64,000 nt of DNA from Strigamia acuminata (lineage: Eukaryota): assembly GCA_949358305.1 (NCBI GenBank), contig OX442314.1, forward strand, positions 1,922,001-1,986,000, read 5' to 3'. A program made the position numbers and the translations under genes. The notes beneath the pieces are model-generated. The model saw only the letters and a list, made by a program, of their open reading frames with translations. It was not told where the DNA came from and ran no database searches. Of the stretch, positions 10,640 through 42,025 are shown piece by piece. Numbering within the stretch: position 1 is the stretch's first letter; each line of letters starts with the position of its first letter.

Positions 10640-12150
10640 TTTACACCAGATATGTACGAGGAAGCCGTCAGTTGTCCGGACCGTGAAAAGTGGCTTGACG
10701 CCATGGAAAGTGAAATTGATTCGCTTCACGTTGTGGTGATTCGGCATCACCTGAAGAAGTAATTAGCGACGATTATTATGTTACTAATACTCGCCACTAG
10801 GTCGCGCTAGAAATACCGACTAGACTAACTAGTCTCGTGTTTCTGCGAACCTGCATAATCAAAAGGATTTGCATATGACGTCATTTCCGGTTAATATATA
10901 ACACCGATGCTTGACCGGAAACGACACTACAGTTACCACTTTCAGCAAGAGCACCATTTACCTCACCTTTCAGGCCGTTTCACGGATTGATCGAGGACCG
11001 GTGCCCGCTGACCACTTCAACTGTACAACAGCCACATTTATTTAGCGTAGCCAATCTACGCTAGAATAAATATCCAAACGATATTCGTTTAATTCGCACG
11101 AGAAAGCGAATTCTCGCGTGTTCATTATAACACGTGGAAAACTACCCTAGACAACAACCAGACCACGCGTAGGACTAAACAATTGGATCCGCCATTGTTT
11201 AGCGGCACATCGTATTCGCAGACGAATCCGAGGACCACCGTAGGAATCATCTACATTCATATTGTATTAGTAAGCGTGTTTAATAAAGCAGTATTATAAC
11301 TAGTATTGTATTCCCGAGTATTATTATTTATTATCTTTAACCACAAAGTCGAATCACGACAACGTGAATCAAGTTTGGCGATTGGTCAAGCAACGGCTGG
11401 AAATGAGGACGATCCGCAGCAAGTGGATCTTTAGAATCAAGCTGAATGCAGATAGATCCATCAACAAATACAAGGCTCGTTTGGTGGTGGTTGGCTATGC
11501 CCAACGCCCAGGCATTGATTTTACCGAGAAGTTTTCACCAGTTGTCCGCACAGAGTCTTTACGGATCATTTTGTTTCTGGTTGCGACATTGGGTTTGAAG
11601 ACCAGGCAGTTTGATGTCAAAACTGCTTATTTATATGGAGATTTGGAGGTGGAGATATTTATGGAACAGCCAGAAGGTTTTTCCGAGGACGAACAAGAAG
11701 TTTGCAAGCTAGAACGTAGTCTCTACGGATTGCGCCAGTCTGGACGCTGTTGGAACAGACGCCTGAACGACGAGCTTATAAAATTGGGTTTGGAACCGTT
11801 GACTGACGACGCGTGTGGCTACACTTATGTAGAAAAAGATGGCATACTCATCCTTGAAGTGAAAAAATTTTGGATTGGCTACTGGTGGGTTTGAAGAAAG
11901 TCTTCGAGATCGTGGAGTTGGGCGAGGTCCATTACCTGCTAGGAATGGAGATTCGGGTCCCAGGGGAAGGCATATGGATTGGGCAACAGAAATTTATTGA
12001 CGAAATTTTGGACACCTTCGATTCACAAGATCGTTCAAAGGCCTGCACACCAGTGGTGGTGGGGCAAGATCTCGATATTTTTTAGGATTCCAAGAGCGTC
12101 GATCAATGAGCGTATCAACGGATTTTGGGCTCCGTGATGCATTTAATGAT
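10640..12150 (+). mobile_element. Ty1/Copia reverse transcriptase remnant, decayed and interrupted by a solo LTR
   Basis: TPDMYEEAVSCPDREKWLDAMESEIDSLH / VNQVWRLV...KWIFRIK...YKARLVVVGYAQRPGIDF...QFDVKTAYLYG...SLYGLRQSGRCW. The YVDD region is missing and frameshifts follow. Confidence 0.9.
10732..11361 (+). mobile_element. Solo LTR (630 bp) with 4-bp TSD ACGT
   Basis: TGTGGTGATTCG...CGAATCACGACA termini form an 11/12 inverted match. ACGT at 10728-10731 and 11362-11365. Removing the insert restores the Copia frame S-L-H-V-N-Q-V-W. The strand is inferred from internal TATA and AATAAA motifs. Confidence 0.85.
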
Positions 12151-12517
12151 CGTTACGACCCCGAGTTCAGCCGTCGAACGAGCTGTGAACCATACTACGA
12201 ATTCTCACCAAAAAAAGCGATGACCAATCGTTAAGAAGGTTGTGGGCCAACGAAAACAATAAAACAGCAAGCGCCTGAAAGTGAAAATCATCCCGCTATA
12301 CTGGAAGAATTAATGCTGAATTTAACAATTCCGATGTCATCATAAATGTTTACGAAAGTGGTCAATATACGATTGACCACTTTTTGTTTACAGTTGGTGT
12401 TATTTTGACTATTCATGGACTTCAGTGTTTAAAGATATTGTATGTAAACTATTTTAAATGTATAGAATTCAATAGTTAAGGAATTATTTTTATTTTTAAA
12501 GAAGTGTCTTTAGATTT

Positions 12518-12725
12518 AAGGGAGAGAAGATGTAAGATTTGCATTTATTCATTTTTACATTTTTATATAATATATTATTTGTTTGTCATAGAATCGTAGT
12601 GTTAAATTTAAGTCGTTTGAAGTGTGTTTATTTTTAGTTTAATATAGTATGTTACGTGTGTCATTATTATGTGTCATTGTATTGTTCTTTTGTTAAATAG
12701 TTTACCTTCTAAATCTAAACCAACA
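12518..12725 (+). mobile_element. Possible PPT plus 3' LTR relic
   Basis: The purine tract AAGGGAGAGAAGA is followed directly by TGTAAG... and ends ...AACCAACA; no partner LTR was seen. Confidence 0.3.
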
Positions 12726-12784
12726 CAAACCCACCGAGAGCAGTACCGGATTATCACAACGACATACTGGTAGCTACAAGGACC

Positions 12785-13135
12785 TTGGATGAACATTTTT
12801 CAACTCGGCCCCGCGATCGGGCCGGTGCATTTGCTAGGAGGTTTTTACAAAAAGTAAACAAGCAATGTAAGGCGAGTCTCGAAAGTTCGCCTGAAAGTGA
12901 ACATCAACCGGAACCAAACGGAAGGTTCCCAACACTAGTTTACAAGCCGAGATTTACTATTAATATATATGAATGTGGACCATTATTCTGTTGTGCGGTT
13001 TTGATTGTATTGGCCGTTATTGTAATTTGTTGTGTAGTGGCGGTATGGATTTTCTGGCCAAAACAGAAAAGTTCATATTTTTATAAAGGTACAAGAAGAA
13101 AAATATTGAATTTTTACCAAAACAAGAAAAAGTAG
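12785..13135 (+). other. Exon-like fragment encoding a single-pass membrane segment of unknown family (probably a pseudogene or partial gene)
   Basis: ...INIYECGPLFCCAVLIVLAVIVICCVVAVWIFWPKQK: a hydrophobic stretch followed by basic residues. There is a possible donor AAG/GTACAA at 13088/13089 and no in-frame ATG. Confidence 0.35.
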
Positions 13136-14590
13136 TAGAGCAAAGGAAATAGATTTGACCAAGATAAAACCTATCTATATCATGTGGGCTTTGTTAAATT
13201 ATGCATTTCCATAGTATTATTAAATTATCTAGATATATTGTTATTATTGCAGTTGCCAAAGACGCTAGCCTTTCTATGGCAACCCAGCACAGTCAGAAGA
13301 AATTGTAGAAAGTCAAGAGAATGAGATAAAAGGATTCCAATAAGAGACAATAAAAAGTTGGATATTAATCAAACTGAACACCAGCATGTTGTTGTTTTCC
13401 AATAGCAAAAAATTTTTCTTTTATTTGTTAATCTTTGAGGATTTTTGCAACTCTGGAGAAAGTCATTTTGAAAAAAGTGAAAACTTCTCAAAGGTTTACA
13501 AATATTTAAGTTTAACAACAGCTAGGCTGGTCAAAATGACCCAATGGGTTTCCAATAGTTTTTTGATGCTTTACATCATAAAACAGCAAACGTGGCATTT
13601 TTCTTAAAAAAGAATTAAAAAAAAAAGAGAATTCACCTAGAACGACTGAAACCGATCCGATTGGTCCGTGCACGTTCAGAAACACCTTGGGGCGTCCCCA
13701 ACAAAGATGAAAAGACAAAGAACAACCACTCCTAGCTGGCCAAAGTCCTGTACCATGGGTCATCCAGAAATAGATGACTGAAAAATTTTCTACAGTCCCA
13801 GAGAAGTCCAACTGAGAGCATTTCAACACCTGAGTACCAAAATTTTCAAGTTAAAAACATTATTCAATGCAGCAATTGCTATACTGAAACTGAAAGCCAA
13901 GTCGCCAGGTTCCATCAATTCAGTTAATACAGGTTATAAGATCAAGTGGTTTTATTTAGTTTTAATTAGTTGTATTTAGTTTCTGTTGTATTTAAAGTGT
14001 GAATTACCAAATGCAAATAATAAATGAATAATTAATTAGATCAAGTGCAGAATCAGTGTCAAGAGAAGAAAAGAGTATCAAAGTGATGAAAAGCATTGCA
14101 CCACTAGTGTCTATGCGTATGCAAGGCAATATTGACGAACTTTTCGTTTGTACATTGCAAAAACCGTCCCTTTTCCTTTTTTATAGATTAAAGCTTTAAA
14201 ACAACTTACAGTCATTCCAATGTTTGTATTCTAATAGTATGAAAACATACATAAAGGAGAGCGAGGTGTCTGTGAAGACCAACTAACAGTTGTTGCTCAT
14301 AACCTTTGGGAAGAGCAAGAATACTACTGTACAGCTTGTTTGGAGACCCATATTTGCAGAAGAAAAGAAACTCAAGGAAGACAACGTTAAACAGGAATAG
14401 TTCCATGAAAGAAGCTCATTGCCAGTTTTGGAATGAAAAATTTACATTTTTAAGAAATAAGAATTTACCAAAACAAGAAAAAGTAGTAGCGCAAAGGAAA
14501 TAGATTTGACCAAGATAAAACCTATTTATATAATGTGGGCTTTGTTAAATTATGCATTTCCATAGTATTATTAAATTATCTAGATATATT
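13113..14590. repeat. 127-bp direct repeat (13113-13239 and 14464-14590)
   Basis: The copies align without gaps and with 3 mismatches by eye. Confidence 0.9.
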
Positions 14591-16318
14591 TGATGGATTT
14601 TACACTGAAAACATTGACATTCTTAAATTAGTAGTGGCGTTTGCTATTGTCATGTTAATCTTTGCTATAGTCATTTTTTTTGGATTGAAATAAAATAATA
14701 ATAAAAATTATTATTTTAAACCGAAATAAAATAATAATAAAAATTATTATTTTAGACCGAAGCGCAGTTCCTTGAAGAACGCCGCCAAAATAAAATAAAA
14801 AGAAAATATCAATAGATCCTTGACCAAAATCAAGATAAAAATGGATGAGACGCAAATTCAATCAGATAGTAAAGTGGAAAGACAAAAATCCACGTTTTGG
14901 GTCAATGGTAAATGCTACATTCATAGATTGCAATGCACTCCCACAATACCAAACGATTTGCCAAAATAACATGGCAAATTCACATAGAATAAAACAAATG
15001 GTTTGGAAATAAATAAATGTCTATTTCATCAGACTGGACCAAACATCAAATGGAAAATTAGAAGAAAATAAATAAACTGAAGGAAGGAAAGAATGAAATC
15101 ATCCTGTTTGGCTGGATGACCAGAGCTCTCGTTTAGTCCACTGGCAGGATCGCCCAGTGGTCCAGGGGCTACCACGAGGAGGTAGAGAGTTGGATTTTTA
15201 GCCCCCGCACAAAAACAAATACAATTTTGGCAAAAATAAAATCAAATCGCCAAATGATTTATCACCGACTTTCCAGAAATAAATAGAATGCTAAACCTAA
15301 CGCAGTTCCTTCACATTTTTTAGACACGAACAAATCAGAAATATTAACAAAAATCAAACCATTGACTCACCAATCCGACCTTAATCCGTTTCCTTGATCA
15401 TGAATGAGCAAAATTCTTCATGAATCCCATCAAAAAAGGAATGAAACGTGTGAAAAATATAAAGAGAAAATGCAGGATCTGAGAGAGAAATGTAATGCAG
15501 AACACAAACACGCGATCGTTGCTATGCCGACGGAAAAGCATCGCAAGTTGTTGCCACCAGAGCGGCGCTGCAACTCAGTGTGAGGAAAGTTTGAATGTGG
15601 AGATTGGGAAAAAAGTCGAAAACGATGATACGGTTGTAAGAAATGAATTGAACATAATTGATTCTGATTTTGATTTCTGCGATAAATAATACATTAATTC
15701 CTGAATTTCGTTCAAATCAAATTTCCAATCGTTACAAATTAAATTTGTAATTAAGTTAATAAAAAAAAAAATTCAAAAAAATTCAAAAAAACTGAATGTT
15801 CGGTCTAAAAAAACTGAATTTTCGGTTTAAAAAAAACTGAATTTTCGGTCTAAAAAAACAAGATTTTTAGAAGTGCAAAGCGAGGGTAAAATCCAAAAAA
15901 TTTGCTGCCGATTTTTCTGGGCAAAAAAGAAATTTCTTTACGGTTGCTTTTCTGTCTAAAAAGTTGATACTCAATATGCTGTTAACTTTCTTGATAAATT
16001 ATGCATTCTAAGAAACTATTAATGCAAAATTAAGAACTTTTAATTGAGCTCAAATTATACAATCAAAGCAGCAAAACAAAATGTATAATTTGATCGACTA
16101 CACTTTATAACTTATAAATGAAATAAATTAAATAAATTAATGTAAATGTTTATCACATTTTGAGTGACAAAAAAATATTCATTCTACATACTGGTTATGT
16201 CAAGTTAGAAAAAAATCAATAGAATTTGATGAAATGGTTAAAACAAAAGAAATTTTTTTTTTCAATTCTCATCGAAACAATCAACTATCAGTATTGATTG
16301 GTATTCATCTCCTTCATA

Positions 16319-17425
16319 TTAATCTTCATCTTGATGGACCAATCTAGTTTGCAACAACTGCTTACGCCGGGTTTTCTTTTGACTGGACCACGTATCCACC
16401 CTGCACTCGACTATTGAGTCTAAAACTTGCGACCGTGTTTGACTCGTGATCTTCGTACGACAAACCGGACATTCACTCTTTTCTCTGACGCAGTACGAGC
16501 AGATCGAATGCGAACAATTCAACACAACAGCCTGAAACATTGAATGAAATATGAAAATGAAATATTAAAAAATCAAAATCAAAATCACCATCATTAAAAG
16601 TTCCGAACACAGGCAGCACCGGAGTTCGATGTCTAGGTAATCGCTCTGACGTTTGTGAATCTCCAATTCCCGGCTCACATTCTTCAGACGCTGCGCAGTA
16701 CGATCCACTTGGCCCTTCATGTCGTCCATCGATTTTTGTAATTGGATATTATCAATCTTTACGCGTTTCCTTCGCTGAATCGGTTTTTGTTCCAGCAACG
16801 CTCGAACTCTCTCTCTCTCGTTCGCCTGACAATTGATCCTCTCTTGTTTCATTAATTCATTCCGGAAGTGCTCGACTTCCTTTTCCAATCTCTCGTTTTC
16901 TTTCTTCAACTTGTCACCGCCAGAGAAACCTGTGGTTTCGGTGAAAGTGAAAAATAATTCTTCGTCCGGTGTTTTCTCGCCAAAACAAACCGAGTAGCCA
17001 TCTTGCAATGGCGTCTGCTCGCGCGCTACTAATTTTACGCCATTAACATAAACTCCGTTTTCACTCTGTGAATTATTAAAAAATGAACTCATTAAATATG
17101 TATAATTTTCATCCTAAATTCATTATTTCGTACATTATTATCCTTCACGTGCCACACGCCGTTCCATTTGGTGAAAACTGAATGTATGCGCGACAGTATC
17201 GGCGAATCGAGTGTATAATCGGCGTTCGGGGCCCAACCAACGGTGATCTGCGGAAACAACTCAATTAAATAATTCTTTTAAAATAAAACTAATTATTAAG
17301 AAATTAGTTTATACCACATCTTCATCTAAGCTAATTATTCTGTCCACTGCATATTCGCGACTATCTGCCCGCCATGGGAATAATTTCGTGTACGAAATTA
17401 GACACGACGACTTCACCGTGGCCAT
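16319..17425 (-). CDS. FHA-coiled coil-RING E3 ligase, divergent RNF8/CHFR-like (about 304 aa; exons 17425-17315, 17247-17134, 17065-16589, 16531-16319)
   Basis: GT-AG introns all in phase 0. FHA motifs ITVGW..., LSRIH, WHVKDNNSENGVYVNG, GYSVCFG; an EK-rich coil; C3HC4 RING CCLC...CSH..C..C...CPVC. Confidence 0.85.
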
Positions 17426-17899
17426 GAGTAAACTTATTGAGCGACAGCTGACGAGTGTTCGTATTACTTAGGTTTTAGGTACCTTGATGACTTAGGCGCC
17501 TTTTCCACCGGAAAAGGATGCAGATAGAGCTAACTAATCGAGTGAAGGATAATGCCAATCAGAACCGAGAAAACATGCGAGAGACTACAGTAGTTCTGAG
17601 TGGACAGCCATAGAATTTCTCAAAAAATGTCCGTGATTAAATGATCTCTGGAGGGGTTGGCGACGACAAATATTTATCAAAGTAAAATTGTTTCCAACAA
17701 AAAATCTCACTACAGATATCATCAAATGTAAAATAAACAGAAGAATGAGAGATAAATAAATAAAATTGCTGGAAATTTTTTTAAAAGGAAATGAAGTTAA
17801 TTAGTTTATCCTGGAAGCGCCATTTTGTATAAAATTAAATCCCAAAATCGCAAGCATTCTGAATAAATAGATTTTAATTCTTTATTGGTTTATATTCAA

Positions 17900-18742
17900 T
17901 TAAAAGATGTTTAAGAAATCTACTTTGAGGAAAATACACACGATAGACACAAGAATTACGGAAACAAATCTAGCCGATCTAGTTGGTGGCAGTGCTGGAG
18001 CTGGACTGACCCGTAGCCTGTCCCCGTGGCTCGACCCATCCAATTTGTCCCCAGTCCAGCCCTGGTTGGTGGTCTTGTTGACTATCAATCCGTGGAGTTG
18101 GCTGAGGGCTTCGGTCCATCCCTCCGCTGTGAACGTGGGCCAAATGTGGTGTGCTTCGATCGGACTGAGCACGGCAGACATGCGCTCGTTGTCGTTGCCA
18201 AAATGCAGCCCAGTCAAGAGGAGACTGAGACGCCAGAAAGCGGCGTTATGTGAAATGGTCTTCAACCAATCGTCGTAAAGGTTGAGAACGACCATTTTCG
18301 CTTCGCTGGCATTGTTGATCAAATCGTCAAACTGACGTAATTCAAACAACGCTTGGAAATATAATTGCACTTCGTACGCCTTCACCTCGATGAGGATGTC
18401 GGGCAAATCGCGCAAATGCTTTCGCAACGGCTCGAACGCTCCTTTGCGGGTAACGACAATCCGTTCGGGTCGTTCCTTCGCCGGCAAAGAACGGATGAGT
18501 GCGGACACTTGTTTCGCCGTTTCCCATTTCGCTAGTTCGGGCGAACGTTGTTTATAAGCCGCCCAGTCGGACGCGTGAACAATTTTCAAGAATAATTGTC
18601 CGGTGATCGAATTGAAAATGTAAAAGGCGCCGTTGATCGGGATAGTTGTTAAATTTCCTTCTGCAGTTCGGTGCGTTTTGACCCTGTAAGCACAAGTGTC
18701 GTCAACAAACCAACTAATTTCGTGTGTCAATGAGAAATCCAT
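17900..18742 (-). CDS. Stand-alone Prp8 RNase H-like (domain IV) protein with C-terminal hydrophobic tail, copy 2 (280 aa, intronless)
   Basis: Close paralogue of 8716-9558, with the same Prp8 motifs, the same upstream TATTTAAAAG (18816-18825 on -) and AATAAA after the stop. Confidence 0.9.
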   Translation of the reverse strand: MDFSLTHEISWFVDDTCAYRVKTHRTAEGNLTTIPINGAFYIFNSITGQLFLKIVHASDWAAYKQRSPELAKWETAKQVSALIRSLPAKERPERIVVTRKGAFEPLRKHLRDLPDILIEVKAYEVQLYFQALFELRQFDDLINNASEAKMVVLNLYDDWLKTISHNAAFWRLSLLLTGLHFGNDNERMSAVLSPIEAHHIWPTFTAEGWTEALSQLHGLIVNKTTNQGWTGDKLDGSSHGDRLRVSPAPALPPTRSARFVSVILVSIVCIFLKVDFLNIF

Positions 18743-19110
18743 AGCAACACAAGTGAGTGATGTTGTGTGTCAGTCGAAGCGTCGGGCTCTTAATAACCAC
18801 AGATTGCTCTTGTGTCTTTTAAATACTAAAAAATATCGAAACGTTGCACACACGTCCATTCATTCAATTATCTCGCAAAACGAGACATTCCGATAACCAG
18901 TTTGTGCCATTTATTTTCCAGTTTATTAATTGATGATGATTATTATTATAACTGCGAAATAAAACTTTAATTTTTTTCAAATTTAGTTCTATTTTAGATT
19001 TGTTTTTCCCGCGGTAGTTTCGCCGCCATGTTTTGGCTCGGACAATAGCTCCGCCTGGTGGCGATAATCGCCAGTTGAATACATCTTTTGTGGTTGCGAT
19101 GACATTGATC

Positions 19111-19872
19111 ATGGCAAACGGAGACGTAGCGGAGATTTTGGACTTGCTGTGCAGTCCCAAGAAGCTGGAGAGAGACAGAGCGATACCGAGCCTGGAGAAA
19201 TACATCGAGGTGGCGAGTCCGAAGGAAATCGAGACTTTGGGCGACACGCTCATCCGTCACGCCGAGAATTCCGACCCGACTTGGGAGATGCGCAACTCGG
19301 CCATGCTCGGCTCCAAATGTTTGCTCGTTCACATGCATTCCCACGACAAATACGGCGAAGAATTCGCCAAGGGGATTCGGATCCTCGCCCTGCGACTTCT
19401 CACCGACGACGAAGTTCGCGTGCGAATGGCGGCGGGTCTGTTCAAAACAATTTAAAAACATTTAATTAACTTATTTTTTATTTTTCTTTTCTTTTCTAAA
19501 CTAAATGTTTAACTTGCTCGAATTATTACAGAGCACTTCAATCGATGGTGGACGGTTGCGGCCAACGGTTTGAGGAGTACATGACTCAAGAACTCGTCGA
19601 CCTCATCTTCGAGAGTTTGTCGCATGCGAATCGTTTTGTCCGCGAGACCGGCTTCGGCGTTCTCTCATCCCTCATCTGCGGCTGCGCGCTCGAACAGACG
19701 GCGGACGGCGATCCGGCGTCGCTCACGGAATCGAGCCCGATTTTCCGCTTCGGCCACCAGTGTGTCGGGCTGACAGACAATTGGAGCCAGCATGTGCCTT
19801 TGGCGGCCGCCGTGGCCACGAGGAAGTTTCTGTCGAGCGTCGGCGAACACACCAAACAGGCGTTCTACCCGG
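19111..19872 (+). pseudogene. Truncated HEAT/ARM-repeat protein gene fragment
   Basis: LLTDDEVRVRMAAG, LSHANRFVRETGF and GLTDNWSQ..LAAAVA are HEAT-like. The two exons (19111-19435, 19532-about 19872) have incompatible splice phases, and coding sequence ends abruptly in AT-rich repeat. Confidence 0.65.
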
Positions 19873-20532
19873 AAAGAGAAATCTATAGAAATCGGGCAAA
19901 ATTGTGAAAAACCTTTTCCAAAATGGCTAAATTTCAAGTAAAATAGCGCAAATCGTGCAAAAACTTTTCAAAAACCGCTAATTTTCAAATAAAATGGTGC
20001 AAATCTTGAGAAATCTCGATAAATCTTGTGCAAAATCGTCAAAAAATGAGGTTGAGCAGTTGAGCGTGAATTGACAAGGATTAGATAAGATTAGTTGTAT
20101 GTGCCTCCATAGTCAAGAAGAATTGATGAATCTGGAATGGCTGAATTTAAATTATTTAGATTGTAAGGAGACTTTAATTTTACGTTCATTTCCTTTTCAA
20201 CTTGGCATAAACACTCAAATAAAGTGTACCTTCCCTTTCTTTCATTGCCTTATTTATTTACATTTATTGGAATTACAACATTTTCTAACATGGTTGACAC
20301 GAAAAGGGTTTTTGCATCCCAAATACACCCTAGACATTCCGCGCACTAATTACTCATAAAAATACCTAAAAATACATAAAAGTTATTGGAGCTACTGTTT
20401 GCAATACAGTATGCAGTATGGATATATCCTTGCTGTATGGATGTCACACCTGTAACAGGTAAAAACATGCTTTTTTTGAAAAACAGCGCCATCTGTTGGA
20501 TGTTAAAGCAACTTACGCAATACCATAGTATG

Positions 20533-21444
20533 AAGTCCATTCATTTCGTCGCCATTCATTTCGTCGCCCTCGTATTTTTTTTTGTTAAATGCAATGTTGG
20601 AAATTTTTTTTTCATTTCGTCGCCTTCATTCCTTCAACATCTCATTTCGTCGCCATATCATTTCGTCGCCGTGTCATTTCGTCGCCATATAATTTCGTCG
20701 CCATATCATTTCGTCGCCATGTCATTGTTGTGGCATTTCTGTTGCAAACAGCGAGGAGTTTCAGTACAGTTTTGTTTTGGCGGTTACGTACAATTTACGT
20801 CACGAGTTGTGACAATTCAAATCCCAAAACGGGCCAAAACGTCATTGTTACGTTTTGGATTGTGAACTATATAACCAGCAAATAAAGATGATTGTGTCGT
20901 CTCATCATCTGGCGTTTCATCCGCAGCTTCGACTCTTTTCATTCGTAACTTCGAATCGTAACTTCGAATTGTTGTGCTTCAGCGAGAGCAGGCTGATACG
21001 GAGATCGCCATTGAAAAGGTCAGACGTAGAATTCCACGACCAAAGAAGAAAAAAGACCTGGAAATTTTAGAGGCCAAACTGATGTCTCTGGTGGCAGATA
21101 GGCTGACAATGACTCCATTAGAATTCATTCTCGGCATTGCTCACATCTATAAATTTTCTTAAAGTAATAATAAAAATTTGTGTTCTTTAATCCTATCATT
21201 TGATTTTGTAATCCCATCAATTTGTGTTCGGTTTGGGTTGTTTCGGTTAATTAGCCGTATCATTTCGTCGCCCTTCATTTCGTCGCCGTGTCATTTCGTC
21301 GCCCTTCTGTTCGGTTTGGGTTGTTTTCATTGTTTAGCCATATCATTTCGTCGCTCTTCATTTCGTCGCCATTTTTCCGTTTTGGGTGTCATTTCGTCGC
21401 CAAAAACGGCGACGAAATGACACGGCGACGAAATGAAGAAACCT
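20533..21444 (+). mobile_element. Non-autonomous Mutator-like (MULE) element with subterminal CATTTCGTCGCC arrays
   Basis: Imperfect TIRs (..ttcatttcgtcgcc / ggcgacgaaatgaa..) and a candidate 10-bp TSD CCATAGTATG / CCATAGGATG. The internal LQREQADTE...RPKKKK...EFILGIAH resembles a MULE transposase C-terminus. Confidence 0.65.
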
Positions 21445-21559
21445 CCATAGGATGGCAATACTAAATATTTGAAAAACAGCGCCATCTGTTGGACGTAAGA
21501 GCAACACACGCAAAACTAAATATTTGAAAAACAGTGTCATCTGTTGGACGTAAAAGCAA

Positions 21560-21799
21560 CACGGGATTTTATTTCCACGGGATTTTATTTCCACGGGATT
21601 TTATTTCCACGGGATTTTATTTCCACGGGATTTATTTTCACGGGATTTTATTTCACGGGATTTATTTCCACGGGATTTTATTTCCACGGGATTTTATTTC
21701 CACGGGATTTTATTTCCACGGGATTTTATTTCCACGGGATTTTATTTCCACGGGATTTTATTTCCACGGGATTTTATTTCCACGGGATTTTATTTCCAC
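21560..21799. repeat. Minisatellite with 16-bp unit CACGGGATTTTATTTC, about 15 copies
   Basis: Directly visible near-perfect array. Confidence 0.95.
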
Positions 21800-22057
21800 T
21801 GGAACAGGTAGTTGTCACTAAATCTCGTATAAAATCGCAGAGTTCACTCGTAACTAGCACCACGAGGCGGGAACCTTATATTTTTCAAAATTTGCCCAAA
21901 ATCTTTCAACCTCTTTCTTTCTCAATAGTTGGAAAGTGCAAATTAGAACAGACTAGGCTCAAGTTTTGCCTCGTTTTTTTTACATAACATATATATTTAT
22001 TAATATTATCATTCATGAATTTGTCGGTACAAATAAATTATTCACTCGTTCGTTCAT

Positions 22058-42025
<19,968 letters not shown>

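Noticed and set aside
20540..21440. CATTTCGTCGCC repeats with short variable spacers resembling a CRISPR array
   Set aside because: The repeat is only about 12 bp with 3-8 nt spacers, there are inverted copies at the far end, there are no cas genes, and the context is eukaryotic. Better explained as MULE subterminal repeats.
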